64,000 nt of DNA, from IMG/VR virus record IMGVR_UViG_3300006735_000014; one strand, given 5' to 3'. A program made the position numbers and the translations under genes. The DNA comes from an uncultured virus (IMG/VR IMGVR_UViG_3300006735_000014) (taxonomy: Duplodnaviria; Heunggongvirae; Uroviricota; Caudoviricetes). Shown one piece after another: positions 18,654 through 29,040 of the stretch (the stretch's first letter is position 1; the number at the start of each line of letters is the position of its first letter). The notes below the pieces were generated by a model. The model did not search any database. It was not told where the DNA came from and saw only the letters and a list, made by a program, of their open reading frames with translations.

Positions 18654-19462
18654 TTATTAACTATTATATGTTTAACTATATTGATCATGTCATCTGCAGC
18701 TGCATCCGCGGCCGCTTGTACTTCCTCATGAGTTATTTTAACTATTCTTCCTTCTATACCCAAATCTGTAACTATTGACATTGAATATACTGGTAACCCC
18801 ATATGTTTTGCAACTAATACTTCTGGTACTGTTGACATACCTACTATATCAGCTCCAATAATTTTTAAAAATTTATATTCAGCTGGAGTTTCAAATGTTG
18901 GTCCTGCTAATGCAACATAAATTCCATCATGTATACGAATATTATTATTGGTTGCATATGTTCTTGCAAGATTGGCCATTTCATTATCATATACTTGACT
19001 CATATCAGGAAATCGTATTCCCATTTCATTATCATTAGGTCCTATCAATGGATTTGATCCCATTAGATTTATATGGTCTTCAATTATAACAATATCTCCA
19101 ATTTCATAATTTTCATTCATTGCGCCTACTGCATTCGATGTTATCAAATATTCAATTCCTAAATATTTTAATACTCTGATCGGAAATGTAATCTCTTGCA
19201 TTGAATGTCCTTCATAGAAATGATTACGGCCTTGCATAGCAACTACTGGGACATTTGATAAGTATCCGAATAATAAATTTCCTGCATGTCCTTCTATGGT
19301 TGCCTTTTTAAATCCTGGTATTGTATCGTAACTTATTGATGCTTTTATATCTATACTGTTGGCCATTTTACCTAAACCTGAACCTAATATAATTCCCGCC
19401 TTAGGATTAAAATCTATCTTTTCTTTAAGATATTCAGCTACTACTTTATAATCCTGCATCAT
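18650..19462 (-). CDS. punA: Purine nucleoside phosphorylase (trimeric PNP I family)
   Basis: GIILGSGLG, GHAG, MQGRxHFYEG, GPTFETPAE, VGMSTVPEV. Confidence 0.93.
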   Translation of the reverse strand: MMQDYKVVAEYLKEKIDFNPKAGIILGSGLGKMANSIDIKASISYDTIPGFKKATIEGHAGNLLFGYLSNVPVVAMQGRNHFYEGHSMQEITFPIRVLKYLGIEYLITSNAVGAMNENYEIGDIVIIEDHINLMGSNPLIGPNDNEMGIRFPDMSQVYDNEMANLARTYATNNNIRIHDGIYVALAGPTFETPAEYKFLKIIGADIVGMSTVPEVLVAKHMGLPVYSMSIVTDLGIEGRIVKITHEEVQAAADAAADDMINIVKHIIVNK

Positions 19463-19916
19463 CTTTTAAATAATTTTTATAATGTTTTTCCATACGAGCT
19501 CTAATATCTGATGTAGATATTAAATGTCTAGAATCTGGTAAATACACTAATACTATTCCATTTTCATCTAACCAATCTTGAGTGAATCCCATTTGTTGAT
19601 AATAATCTCTTTCTGCCCAATCTGTTCCAATAGCTATTATATTTGCATTTGATTTAATAATGGCCGGCTTACTATCAATTCCACCTGTATTTTTAATTAC
19701 CTTATCAACATATTTACATTCTGATACGCCCTGTACTCGTTCATCATATCTTAATATTGGATATTCTCCTTTATATTCTTTTATAAATTCATCTGAGTTT
19801 AATGATACTATTACCTTATCAGCAATCATTTTACATTGCCTTAATAAATTTACATGTCCATAATGGAATATATCAAATGTTCCGCCTGTATATAGAATTC
19901 TTTCTGTTTTCATCAT
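19446..19916 (-). CDS. Cytidylyltransferase (TagD/RfaE-II-like)
   Basis: GGTFDIFHYGH (HxGH), LNSDEF, GTDW, ISTSDI. Confidence 0.88.
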   Translation of the reverse strand: MMKTERILYTGGTFDIFHYGHVNLLRQCKMIADKVIVSLNSDEFIKEYKGEYPILRYDERVQGVSECKYVDKVIKNTGGIDSKPAIIKSNANIIAIGTDWAERDYYQQMGFTQDWLDENGIVLVYLPDSRHLISTSDIRARMEKHYKNYLKDDAGL

Positions 19917-20695
19917 TTCTTCAATTTTATATTTGGATTTGTACGTAATAACCTTATATCACCATTCCATACTGGATCACCCCATGGTCTTGTATATAAA
20001 TATTCTATAGGTAAATTTTTCATATTTACTAAATAATTATATTCTACATGATGTATATTAATATATCTACCTAATCCTGCTGCTTCCATATGATTATAAA
20101 GATCGCCAATGATATTCATCTTCTTGGAATCTGTTAAATAGTAAAAATCATTTATTGCGCCTGGTCTTTTATTTCCTGCTGCATATACCTTATCTTTTTT
20201 AATTTCTACATCATGAGAAAAATCCTTTCCATTCCATTTAAACTTTTTATCATATGGAAATGGGTTCATAAAGGCTAGGTCAAATCTTGATAGGAATACA
20301 TAATCATATTCAAAATTATTTGCCTTTTCATAAGTTGTTTTTAATTCAACCGATTTCATTCTAGAATACTTTTGACTCTGGCATTGAAATACTACATCTC
20401 TCATTGACCATTGATTTCCAACCTTTCCATCTGGTGAATTAGAAAATTTGGAATGGTCTACTTTAAATTGTTGTATTTGTGGTTCTATTTGATATAGACA
20501 AGGATTATATGTTCCAATAATCTCTTCCATACGATTTATATCCCAGCTATGTATAAATATATCTACATCATAATCTTGAATCACATTTTTTCTTAAATAT
20601 CCATATCCTTCTCTAATATCAATTTCTTGTGCTCCTTTTGCATGGAACTTTGATACCGAGCCTACATATCCTGATAAACATAATGCTATCTTCAT
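19913..20695 (-). CDS. Glycan-locus hypothetical protein, possibly glycosyltransferase-like
   Basis: MKIALCLSG, DIFIHSW, YDYVFLSRFDL, NDF pattern. Confidence 0.55.
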   Translation of the reverse strand: MKIALCLSGYVGSVSKFHAKGAQEIDIREGYGYLRKNVIQDYDVDIFIHSWDINRMEEIIGTYNPCLYQIEPQIQQFKVDHSKFSNSPDGKVGNQWSMRDVVFQCQSQKYSRMKSVELKTTYEKANNFEYDYVFLSRFDLAFMNPFPYDKKFKWNGKDFSHDVEIKKDKVYAAGNKRPGAINDFYYLTDSKKMNIIGDLYNHMEAAGLGRYINIHHVEYNYLVNMKNLPIEYLYTRPWGDPVWNGDIRLLRTNPNIKLKK

Positions 20696-22032
20696 ACCGA
20701 AAATCCTCTTTTTTTATTTTCTTCAAATGGAAAATTATTTTCTTTTAAATAATTATGAAGTACTGATTTATAATGTTTATTTTTCAGGTCGGCGTCTAAC
20801 CATAAAAATTCTTGCACAACATTTTTGTCAAGAAATGGATATCGAGTTTCTAACCCAAATGCTCCAGCAATATATTCTTCTTTCACTAAAAATGCTTCTT
20901 GGCTACTCTCAAAGAAATTTGGCCATGGAAATATTGAAGATAAATCTTTAGGAAATAATCCACCAAATTCACTATGTCTTCCTTTACTTTCACCATCATG
21001 TCCATAATCTGCAAATATTTCATCTGCTCCTTGTCCTGATAAATATATCTTTCTATTATCTTTCTTTGCATGTTCACAAATATATGTTAGTCCGATTGCA
21101 CCATAATCATCATGTAGGTTAGCATTAAAGTATCTATCATATTTAGATTGATCTGATGTATAAATATTAAATCTAAATGGATCAATATTATTATGAATAT
21201 ACTGTCTACACCTTTCTCTATCTGCTCTAATATCTAACGTTTCTACTTCTGCAAATTCTTTTATAATATTATGTCGTTGTTCAACTACTTCTGCATGTTC
21301 TCTACCCATAACTGTATATACTTTATAAGGTATCTTTCGTTTGAATAATTCACATGCAATAACACCACTATCATATCCTGATGATAAACCTAGATATAAA
21401 TGTTCTCTAATACCAGTTGCTCTTTTAGTCATTGAATCTGTAAAGGCTTGGTTCCAATCATCGAAAGAGTTCTTATGTTGATTTAAATCAAAGTCACATA
21501 CTGAATGTTCTTCTATCAAACCAAATTCTGATAACTTGAATATATATGTTTTATTTGCAGGTATCTTAAATACATTTTGAAACTCCATTCTTTGTAGTGG
21601 AGATGCATAACTAGAAAATCCAAATGTATCTTTATCATCCGCGGCCATATATAATGGTTTGGTTGAAAATATATCAGTAGATGCAATTAAGATATCTTTT
21701 GAAAGGTCAACTAATAAAATTGCAAATTCGCCATCTAATTGTTTTATAAAACTATTACCATATTTTTTGTATAATGGTATTAAACATTCACCATCAGATT
21801 TATAATCTCCAAACTCTTGATAATTGTATATCTCTCCATTGAATATACAAATAATATCATCCTCTCTAAATGGCTGCTTTATAAAGTCTCCAGTAATACT
21901 TAATAGGTTATGTACAAAAGTATATTTACCTTCTCTAACCAATCCAGTATAATCTGGTCCTCTATGCTTGATTCGTTCATTAACGAATTGCAAATTCTTT
22001 ATTTCTTTACTACTAAATAATATACTACACAT
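20692..22032 (-). CDS. asnB: Asparagine synthetase B-like glutamine amidotransferase, copy 1 (short form)
   Basis: N-terminal Cys (MCS), HRGPD, FNGEIYN, LDGEFA, LSSGYDS PP-loop, SGQGADE, ETRYPFLD. Confidence 0.88.
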   Translation of the reverse strand: MCSILFSSKEIKNLQFVNERIKHRGPDYTGLVREGKYTFVHNLLSITGDFIKQPFREDDIICIFNGEIYNYQEFGDYKSDGECLIPLYKKYGNSFIKQLDGEFAILLVDLSKDILIASTDIFSTKPLYMAADDKDTFGFSSYASPLQRMEFQNVFKIPANKTYIFKLSEFGLIEEHSVCDFDLNQHKNSFDDWNQAFTDSMTKRATGIREHLYLGLSSGYDSGVIACELFKRKIPYKVYTVMGREHAEVVEQRHNIIKEFAEVETLDIRADRERCRQYIHNNIDPFRFNIYTSDQSKYDRYFNANLHDDYGAIGLTYICEHAKKDNRKIYLSGQGADEIFADYGHDGESKGRHSEFGGLFPKDLSSIFPWPNFFESSQEAFLVKEEYIAGAFGLETRYPFLDKNVVQEFLWLDADLKNKHYKSVLHNYLKENNFPFEENKKRGFSV

Positions 22033-22035
22033 ATC

Positions 22036-23403
22036 TTAAAATAATGTATCTAATGTCATTGTTATATTAGGATTACATTTGTTATCCTTAAACTTATCAA
22101 GTTCAGTTTCAATTTGTACTTTATTTGCTACATAATGAATAAAATAATCATCACATGTAGCTTTCCTACAAACCTTATTCCATTTGTCTGGCAGTTCTTG
22201 ATATTCTATTCCACTCTTGATGATACAATAATTTAATATATTTTGATTGTATCCATCATTAAATGTATCTTTTGTAGATCTCCAAAATGCCATCATATCT
22301 TCTGGTAATGTTTTTATTATATCATTTATGCTTTGTTTATTAGAAACTATAACTCCTCCGTTAAAGTAATGATCAATTTTCATTCCTACATGATGTTTAT
22401 CTAACCAAGTTTGCATTGCTTCTCGTCTCCACATATCAGCTTTATGATCTTGTACCATTCCAAATTTTTCTACTTCATTAAATATATCTGGTGCATTATC
22501 TAATATTCTGATATCTGCATCTATATACATCATCTGTTCATATTTGCTATCAACAAATTCTTTAAAGATATCAAATAATAGGAAGTTTGGACTTGGATAA
22601 TTATGTTTTGCAAAATCATTATCATCAAATATTCTAATGTCTGCATTTATTTTACTTGCATATTTTTGTAATAATGGATAAGTATGTTGCATATATGGTA
22701 CATCTCCTACGGCTGTTACATAAATCACTTTCTTTCTATTATTTATCTCTTCGAGAGTAACAAAATCAACATTATTATTTTCTGTTAGGTATTTTAATGA
22801 CATTCGTAATTGTTCATAGTTATCTTCGTTCCAACAATTATCATTCCAATCGCCTGCAATATGTGATTGAAACATTATTCTACCGTCATGTAATGATATA
22901 TCAGTTTCATGTATACCATCAGCTCCTTGGAATGTCCTACAATCCCAAACCAAACCTCTATTATGTTCATAATGTATAGCCGAATATTTAAATAAAGGAC
23001 CTAACCATTTAACTGCTTCTGGTGTACATAACCAGCCTGGATTTCTCCATCCTGATGGTTTGTGTCCAACATCTGACCATTCTTCCATCATCTGCCAGAT
23101 CCTTGATTTAACTTTGTCTGCAGTATCTAATTCAAAAAATTCACATTCTCCAATATCAGTTCTTTCACACATATGGTAATGTCCATGAGCTGCTAATTCA
23201 AAATAATCTTTTGATTTTAACCAATCAATCCATTCCTGATGATCTGATATAGGATATTTATCATGGTAATTAGATGGAATGAATAATACAAATTTAGCAC
23301 CAAATTCTTGATTTAGTTTTTCTAAATATTCCATACATTTATCGCCTTTAAGTCCCCAACCTTTTTCTGGATGTACATCATCTATACATATAACTATTTC
23401 CAT
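22036..23403 (-). CDS. Polysaccharide-deacetylase-like domain fused to a GT8-like glycosyltransferase
   Basis: IDDVHP, ELAAHGHYH, WRNPGW (NodB-like); C-terminal IDAD, YFNGGV, NQNILN, KWN, IHY. Start set at MEIVICIDD. Confidence 0.75.
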   Translation of the reverse strand: MEIVICIDDVHPEKGWGLKGDKCMEYLEKLNQEFGAKFVLFIPSNYHDKYPISDHQEWIDWLKSKDYFELAAHGHYHMCERTDIGECEFFELDTADKVKSRIWQMMEEWSDVGHKPSGWRNPGWLCTPEAVKWLGPLFKYSAIHYEHNRGLVWDCRTFQGADGIHETDISLHDGRIMFQSHIAGDWNDNCWNEDNYEQLRMSLKYLTENNNVDFVTLEEINNRKKVIYVTAVGDVPYMQHTYPLLQKYASKINADIRIFDDNDFAKHNYPSPNFLLFDIFKEFVDSKYEQMMYIDADIRILDNAPDIFNEVEKFGMVQDHKADMWRREAMQTWLDKHHVGMKIDHYFNGGVIVSNKQSINDIIKTLPEDMMAFWRSTKDTFNDGYNQNILNYCIIKSGIEYQELPDKWNKVCRKATCDDYFIHYVANKVQIETELDKFKDNKCNPNITMTLDTLF

Positions 23404-24347
23404 ACGTCTTCCCAAGTAAATGATTTATAATTTGGATTGAATAAGTTAACATAATTTTGTTCACTCATTTGATTAGCTTTTACATACCAATCATTACTTC
23501 TTCTTTTTTCGTTCATAGTACCATCTGTTCTTTCTCCTGTAACATACATTCTTTTATTTGGATGATTTCTGTTATGAACTAACAGTATATTTTTAATTAC
23601 ATATTGTGGTATATTTCCTAACAATTTATTTGTTATCCACATAAATGCAGAATCTTCATGAACAAAGAAAACAGACTTTGGAATATTAGCGCCAGCTCGA
23701 ATTACCTCCGAAGAGATTACTAGTCCACACCCGTTAAATTTATGCTGGGGCATTATCCTAACATCCAACTCATCTGTCTTATCATTTATTTTGTTCATTT
23801 CTTCTTTTGACATTGTATATCTTAAACTCCACCAATGATCAGGTTTAAAATCTTCTGGTTCAGAATAAAAAGGTTTATCTGTAAAATCTGGATGTTCTAA
23901 TGGCTTCCAAGAATCATCCCACATCTTACATGTTCCGAAGAAAGCTAAATATTTTGGATTATTATTTTGCAATGACATTTGATGTAAGTTATCTAATATG
24001 CCAAAGGTTTGCTTCGGTAATAAGGCATCGCTTTCACCCCATAAGAGAACATCTACTTGATCACAGTAGTCGGCATTGAATATCCTTCTATAGTCTGCAA
24101 TTGTATGAAGATCATCCGTATAACGAACGTTTCCCATATTACATATACGATCAATTTTTCCAATGCATTGTTTCATTTGTTGTTCTGATATACATTTTTC
24201 TAGGTCTTGGTTGCCTACAATTGTGAAATCAACTATAACTTGTCCATCATATGCTTCTATAGCATCCTTTAATGAATCCACATATTCTTCAATGATATCA
24301 CATTCAAACCATTGAACTAAACATCCTATTGCAAATTTAGTTTTCAT
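23394..24347 (-). CDS. Putative GT-A glycosyltransferase
   Basis: WGESDALLP, FNGCGLV, HEDSAF, VHNR; glycan-locus context. Confidence 0.55.
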   Translation of the reverse strand: MKTKFAIGCLVQWFECDIIEEYVDSLKDAIEAYDGQVIVDFTIVGNQDLEKCISEQQMKQCIGKIDRICNMGNVRYTDDLHTIADYRRIFNADYCDQVDVLLWGESDALLPKQTFGILDNLHQMSLQNNNPKYLAFFGTCKMWDDSWKPLEHPDFTDKPFYSEPEDFKPDHWWSLRYTMSKEEMNKINDKTDELDVRIMPQHKFNGCGLVISSEVIRAGANIPKSVFFVHEDSAFMWITNKLLGNIPQYVIKNILLVHNRNHPNKRMYVTGERTDGTMNEKRRSNDWYVKANQMSEQNYVNLFNPNYKSFTWEDVWK

Positions 24348-25080
24348 ATCGTTTTTCCATTTCTTGCCAAGTTTGTTTCATAATATCATTTCTCATTGAT
24401 TTATCAAATCCATTAAAATGATATAACCAAGCACAATCTAAAAATAAAAAGTTTTGAAGTACTCCTCTTATATGCATATGAGTAAAATTCCATTTTTTAC
24501 TTAGATGAGTAATTGGATTATTTTCTCTTCTTACTAGATAATTAACAGGAGTTTGATCTGAACCTTTTTTTAATGTCTGATGTTGTCTCATTCGCAATTC
24601 ATCTTCATTTGCATAATAAAAGTCTGTAATAGATTTACATAACTCTTTATGTTTAGGAGACATAACAATAAATCCATTATTCATATATGTTGTCCAATCA
24701 AATTTTGTATTAGGAAACATATCTTGATATCCTGTAATACTATTATGAACCCATTCTACCATTAGATCGTCCTGAACTCCAGAATACTCACCATTTGTTA
24801 AATCAAAGAAATTTGGAGCATTTGGATGAATCATTGTATCAACATCTACTAATGCAACCTGGTTGTAATCAATATCATTTGCTTCTAAAATTTCAAATAC
24901 ATGCCATCTTTGCCATGTAGGCTTCATAATTGTTTTATCTCTTAACTCATCTGATAAAATGAATAATTCTACACCATGTTTTTTACACCACGGTTTCCAT
25001 GATTTTAAACACCACTCTTTATAATCCAATAAATCTGGAGCTTGTTCAAAACATGTCATAAATACTATATCTTTCTTCAT
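24337..25080 (-). CDS. GT-A glycosyltransferase (GT8/GT34-like)
   Basis: VDVDTMI, MNNGF, DQTPVN, KWN, YHFNG. Confidence 0.75.
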   Translation of the reverse strand: MKKDIVFMTCFEQAPDLLDYKEWCLKSWKPWCKKHGVELFILSDELRDKTIMKPTWQRWHVFEILEANDIDYNQVALVDVDTMIHPNAPNFFDLTNGEYSGVQDDLMVEWVHNSITGYQDMFPNTKFDWTTYMNNGFIVMSPKHKELCKSITDFYYANEDELRMRQHQTLKKGSDQTPVNYLVRRENNPITHLSKKWNFTHMHIRGVLQNFLFLDCAWLYHFNGFDKSMRNDIMKQTWQEMEKRYEN

Positions 25081-25083
25081 ATT

Positions 25084-25115
25084 CTAATATATAAAAATTT
25101 TTTCAATTAAACTAA
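25084..25115 (-). promoter_or_regulatory. Host-sigma-type promoter TTAG-N20-TATATTAG
   Basis: Fills the only sizeable intergenic gap in the glycan island; 20-nt spacing as in the other copies. Confidence 0.5.
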
Positions 25116-26444
25116 TTATTTTAGATTTTTATCTGCACCAAATCCAATCTTTTTTCCTGATTCAAATGGAAAATTATTTTGTTCTAAATATACATGTAAA
25201 GGACCTTTATAATACTTATTTTTTAAATCTGCAGAAAGCCATAAAAATTCTTGTATAAGATCTTTATCTAAAAATGGATACCTAGTTTCAATACTATATG
25301 CTCCAGCTACATATTCTTCTTTATTTAAATATTGTATCTGAGTTCCATCATAAAAACTATACCATGGAAATATTGTAGATAAATCATCTGGAAATTTACC
25401 TCCGAATTCGCTATGGCCATATATCTTATGTCCTGCATGACCATAATCTGAAAGTATTTCATCTGCTCCTTGGCCAGAAAAATATATCCTATATCCTTGT
25501 TTATGACCGCGGTCACATATTGCTGCTAGGCCATTTGAAGCTTTATCTCCTTTATAGTTATAAGTCTTATATCTACTATTATATGAAAATTCTTCGCCAT
25601 TATCCTTAAGGTATTGAACTCTATCAAAATATTCTTCACGAGTCATTTCTATCATTTCAGTATCATTAATGATATCACTTCTATCATCTAAAATTTGTTT
25701 ACTTTCGGCTGCTAGAATACTATATGCTCTAAAGTCTTTATTTTGTTTATGAAGTTCGCATGCTATTGCACCACTATCATATCCTGATGATAACCCAAGG
25801 AAGGCTTTTACAGTTAAATTTCTTGATCGCTTTTGTATTGAATTTTCAAATGCCTTAATCCAATCATCATAAGTATTTTTATGTTGGTTTATATCAAATT
25901 CATGTACAGTATATTCATTTAAAAATTCAAAATTACTTAATTGATATACTCCAATAGTATTAGCTGGTATTTTGTTGACAGTTTCTATCCCTAAACGCTT
26001 TATAGAACTTGCATATGATGCAATTGCTAATTCAATTTTATCTGTTTCTTTTACACCAACATAGATTGGTTTAGTTGCAAATATATCTGAACTTAAGATT
26101 AGTTTATCTTTATTAAAATCGACTAATACTATTGCAAACTCACCATCAAGTTTTTGGATAAAAGTATCTCCATATTTTTTATATAAAGGTATTAAACATT
26201 CACCATCTGAATTATAATCTCCGAACGAATCAAAATTATATATTTCTCCATTATAAATACAAACTATTCCATCTTGTTCAAATGGTTGTTTTGTAAATTC
26301 TCCTGTGATACTTAATAAATTATGAATAAACGTATACCCATTTTTACTTAAGGAATTAGTAAGATCAGGTCCTCTAAATTTTGCAAACTGATTTATATGA
26401 TCTAAATCTGTTACTTCTTTATTTGTAAATATAAAACTACACAT
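25116..26444 (-). CDS. asnB: Asparagine synthetase B-like glutamine amidotransferase, copy 2 (short form)
   Basis: MCS, FRGPD, YNGEIYN, LSSGYDSG, SGQGADE, ETRYPFLD; clear paralog of 20692..22032. Confidence 0.88.
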   Translation of the reverse strand: MCSFIFTNKEVTDLDHINQFAKFRGPDLTNSLSKNGYTFIHNLLSITGEFTKQPFEQDGIVCIYNGEIYNFDSFGDYNSDGECLIPLYKKYGDTFIQKLDGEFAIVLVDFNKDKLILSSDIFATKPIYVGVKETDKIELAIASYASSIKRLGIETVNKIPANTIGVYQLSNFEFLNEYTVHEFDINQHKNTYDDWIKAFENSIQKRSRNLTVKAFLGLSSGYDSGAIACELHKQNKDFRAYSILAAESKQILDDRSDIINDTEMIEMTREEYFDRVQYLKDNGEEFSYNSRYKTYNYKGDKASNGLAAICDRGHKQGYRIYFSGQGADEILSDYGHAGHKIYGHSEFGGKFPDDLSTIFPWYSFYDGTQIQYLNKEEYVAGAYSIETRYPFLDKDLIQEFLWLSADLKNKYYKGPLHVYLEQNNFPFESGKKIGFGADKNLK

Positions 26445-27180
26445 CTTGTATATACCTTTGTATAATTTCTGAAAACTGTTTAAATTTTCCTAACCGTACC
26501 TGAACTCCTTTATCCATGGGTAGATTTAATGATGATCCATCACTTTTAAAATGAATAATTCTAGTATCATCTGTATATAAATTATCATAGTATAGGCCTA
26601 TAATTTTATATGAACATGTTCCAATATTATATTCAGGATTGGTTGATATCTTACATAAAGCAGGAGTTTCTTTTGTTTGAAATCCTGATATAGTTTTCAT
26701 ACAATTTCTCCAGTCAGATAAGAACCTTTTAGATTTTTCTATATTAAGAAATCCTACAAATGATGCAATATATGGAGAGTTACTCAAATGTTCTGACCTA
26801 TCACATAATACTATTTCTTTATCTACTGACATTACATCTGATATATCATTTGTGAACATACAATCAATGTCTATCATACATGTACGAAGTTCATTTGAAT
26901 TTATATATTCTTGAACAAATTTAGTTTTAAGATCAACATTTTCCTTCCAGCCAGAATCCCAACCTTTTCCAGATGATACAATTTGGTCTGCTTTTACTAT
27001 ACGTATTTTTTTATGTAGTGATTCTAATTTAGAGACATCATTATCATTCATACCTGTATTAAGTAAACATATCTCATGAACATAATCTAAATTCAAGTTA
27101 TCCAATGCACTTTTTACAAATACGTATGCAAACTTTTTATATTGTTCATTAACAACTGATACTATTGAATAGTTAACCAT
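26437..27180 (-). CDS. Putative nucleotide-diphospho-sugar transferase (GT-A)
   Basis: IDID (DxD), IIHFKS; glycan-locus context. Confidence 0.6.
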   Translation of the reverse strand: MVNYSIVSVVNEQYKKFAYVFVKSALDNLNLDYVHEICLLNTGMNDNDVSKLESLHKKIRIVKADQIVSSGKGWDSGWKENVDLKTKFVQEYINSNELRTCMIDIDCMFTNDISDVMSVDKEIVLCDRSEHLSNSPYIASFVGFLNIEKSKRFLSDWRNCMKTISGFQTKETPALCKISTNPEYNIGTCSYKIIGLYYDNLYTDDTRIIHFKSDGSSLNLPMDKGVQVRLGKFKQFSEIIQRYIQDV

Positions 27181-28198
27181 TTTGCACTCCTGTTAGATTT
27201 GAAAATAAATTATAATAATACATACATAGATTATGATATGAATACTTTTCTACAAATTGTTGTCTCAGGTTATGGGTTAATTTCTCATTTAATTCTTGGA
27301 AATTAGATAATATATAATCTATCTTTTCTTCAAGGTCTGACCAGTCATATTTACATGCTATATAAGTTTTTCCATCTTCATATACATTAGGAATTGTATC
27401 AACTTTATCATGAGATGGTTTTAAGATTATTGTTCCATATTGCATAGCTTCAAAATCTCTAAAGCATAATTCTCCCATACCAAATGGTGCTAATACTATT
27501 TTTGATTTACGTAAATTTTCTATATATTCATTATACGGTAACTTATCTGTTAACATTGAATATTTAGATTTTAATGGTTCCAACTTTTTCCATAACCCAT
27601 TTCTATGATTTGTATAATGTTCATCGTTACGAACTTTATGATCATAATTTTCTTTATGAATTGCTTGGAATATTGCACAAACATCAATTGATTTATCTGT
27701 ACTAATAGGTTGGAAATTTCTATATTGAGGTAATAGGTATCCTAAATTATATCCTGAAAATTTTATCCGATTCCAATTTTCTTTTGAAATGTTATATGAT
27801 AAATCTAATCCACTTCCTGTACCAAAAAACCATTTATTGAATGCATATGGCTTTGAATATTCTTCTGGGGTATGGAATTTTTGATTCTTCATTAGAAACA
27901 TTGCATTACTTTGTTCTAACACTTCATATGCTCCCATTAATGATGTTGAATCTGATCCGTCAAATAAAAAGTAATCTCCGTTAATTTTAGATAAACGTTC
28001 TAACCCAAAGTCTATACTTTTTTGTAATGGCTGGCTTTTATCTATAAAGTCATTCATTCCTATAAATAGATAATCATAACTATTAGACTGTGTAAGATCA
28101 ATACTATATTCACGTAGCATATCAGCTACCATCAATAGCGGACGAAAGGTAGGTTCATTCCTACCTTCTTGTGCATTTAATATCTTAACCTTTATCAC
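27173..28198 (-). CDS. Putative GT-B glycosyltransferase
   Basis: SKIVLAPFGMGELCFRDFEAMQYGTIILKP resembles a glycosyltransferase group 1-like C-terminus. Confidence 0.7.
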   Translation of the reverse strand: MIKVKILNAQEGRNEPTFRPLLMVADMLREYSIDLTQSNSYDYLFIGMNDFIDKSQPLQKSIDFGLERLSKINGDYFLFDGSDSTSLMGAYEVLEQSNAMFLMKNQKFHTPEEYSKPYAFNKWFFGTGSGLDLSYNISKENWNRIKFSGYNLGYLLPQYRNFQPISTDKSIDVCAIFQAIHKENYDHKVRNDEHYTNHRNGLWKKLEPLKSKYSMLTDKLPYNEYIENLRKSKIVLAPFGMGELCFRDFEAMQYGTIILKPSHDKVDTIPNVYEDGKTYIACKYDWSDLEEKIDYILSNFQELNEKLTHNLRQQFVEKYSYHNLCMYYYNLFSNLTGVQNG

Positions 28199-29040
28199 TC
28201 AATTCCTTTTATATAATCAATTAAATTTTTTTTGGCTGACCAACCTAATTTTTTAAATGTCGTTTCATAATCAGCTAATGTAACTTCTCCCTCTCCTTTT
28301 CTTAAAGGAACATGTTCAATTTTTGCATCTGTAAACATATTTGCTAATTCATTAATAGAATAATTTATGCCTCTACCTAAATGATATAGTTCTCCTTTGT
28401 TACCTGCTTCCATTACTTGTATTAGACCTGATACGATATCATCTACGTGAGTAAAGTCTCTTCTTTGTTTTCCATCACCTACGATTGTTAATGGTTCATT
28501 ATTCTTATATTTTCGAATAAATTTTCTAACTACCGTTGCATAATTTCCTGTTTGTGGTTCTCTTGGTCCATATACATTATAAAATCTAGTAATTGTTGCA
28601 TCTAATTTATAACATTGAATCCATGTTTTAAGTATTTCTTCTCCTCCCCATTTTGAAAATGTATATGGAGTTTTATATTCACCATTGTTTATTGAACTAG
28701 AACTTGAATAAATTAATTTTGCATTACACTTCCTTGCAAATTCACATATCTTTGCTGTACCATTAACATTTACATCTATATAATCTAATGGTGATTCAAA
28801 ACTTGGTTGTATCCTTGCAAGTCCAGCTAAATGAAATATAACTTCAAATTTAGGTAAATCTAAATTATCAATATTTCTAATATCATCAATTATATATTCT
28901 ACATACTGATTTTTATATTCTTCTGAACTAGATTCTGATGATAAGTTATCTATAACTGTAACGGTATGATCGTCATGTAACAATTCATCAACTAATGTAG
29001 AGCCAACAAATCCTAATCCTCCTGTTACTAATATATTCAT
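28195..29040 (-). CDS. NAD-dependent nucleotide-sugar epimerase/dehydratase, paralog of 15708..16613
   Basis: MNILVTGGLGFVGS, HLAGLARIQPS, YTFSK, RFYNVYG, RDFTHV. Confidence 0.9.
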   Translation of the reverse strand: MNILVTGGLGFVGSTLVDELLHDDHTVTVIDNLSSESSSEEYKNQYVEYIIDDIRNIDNLDLPKFEVIFHLAGLARIQPSFESPLDYIDVNVNGTAKICEFARKCNAKLIYSSSSSINNGEYKTPYTFSKWGGEEILKTWIQCYKLDATITRFYNVYGPREPQTGNYATVVRKFIRKYKNNEPLTIVGDGKQRRDFTHVDDIVSGLIQVMEAGNKGELYHLGRGINYSINELANMFTDAKIEHVPLRKGEGEVTLADYETTFKKLGWSAKKNLIDYIKGIE

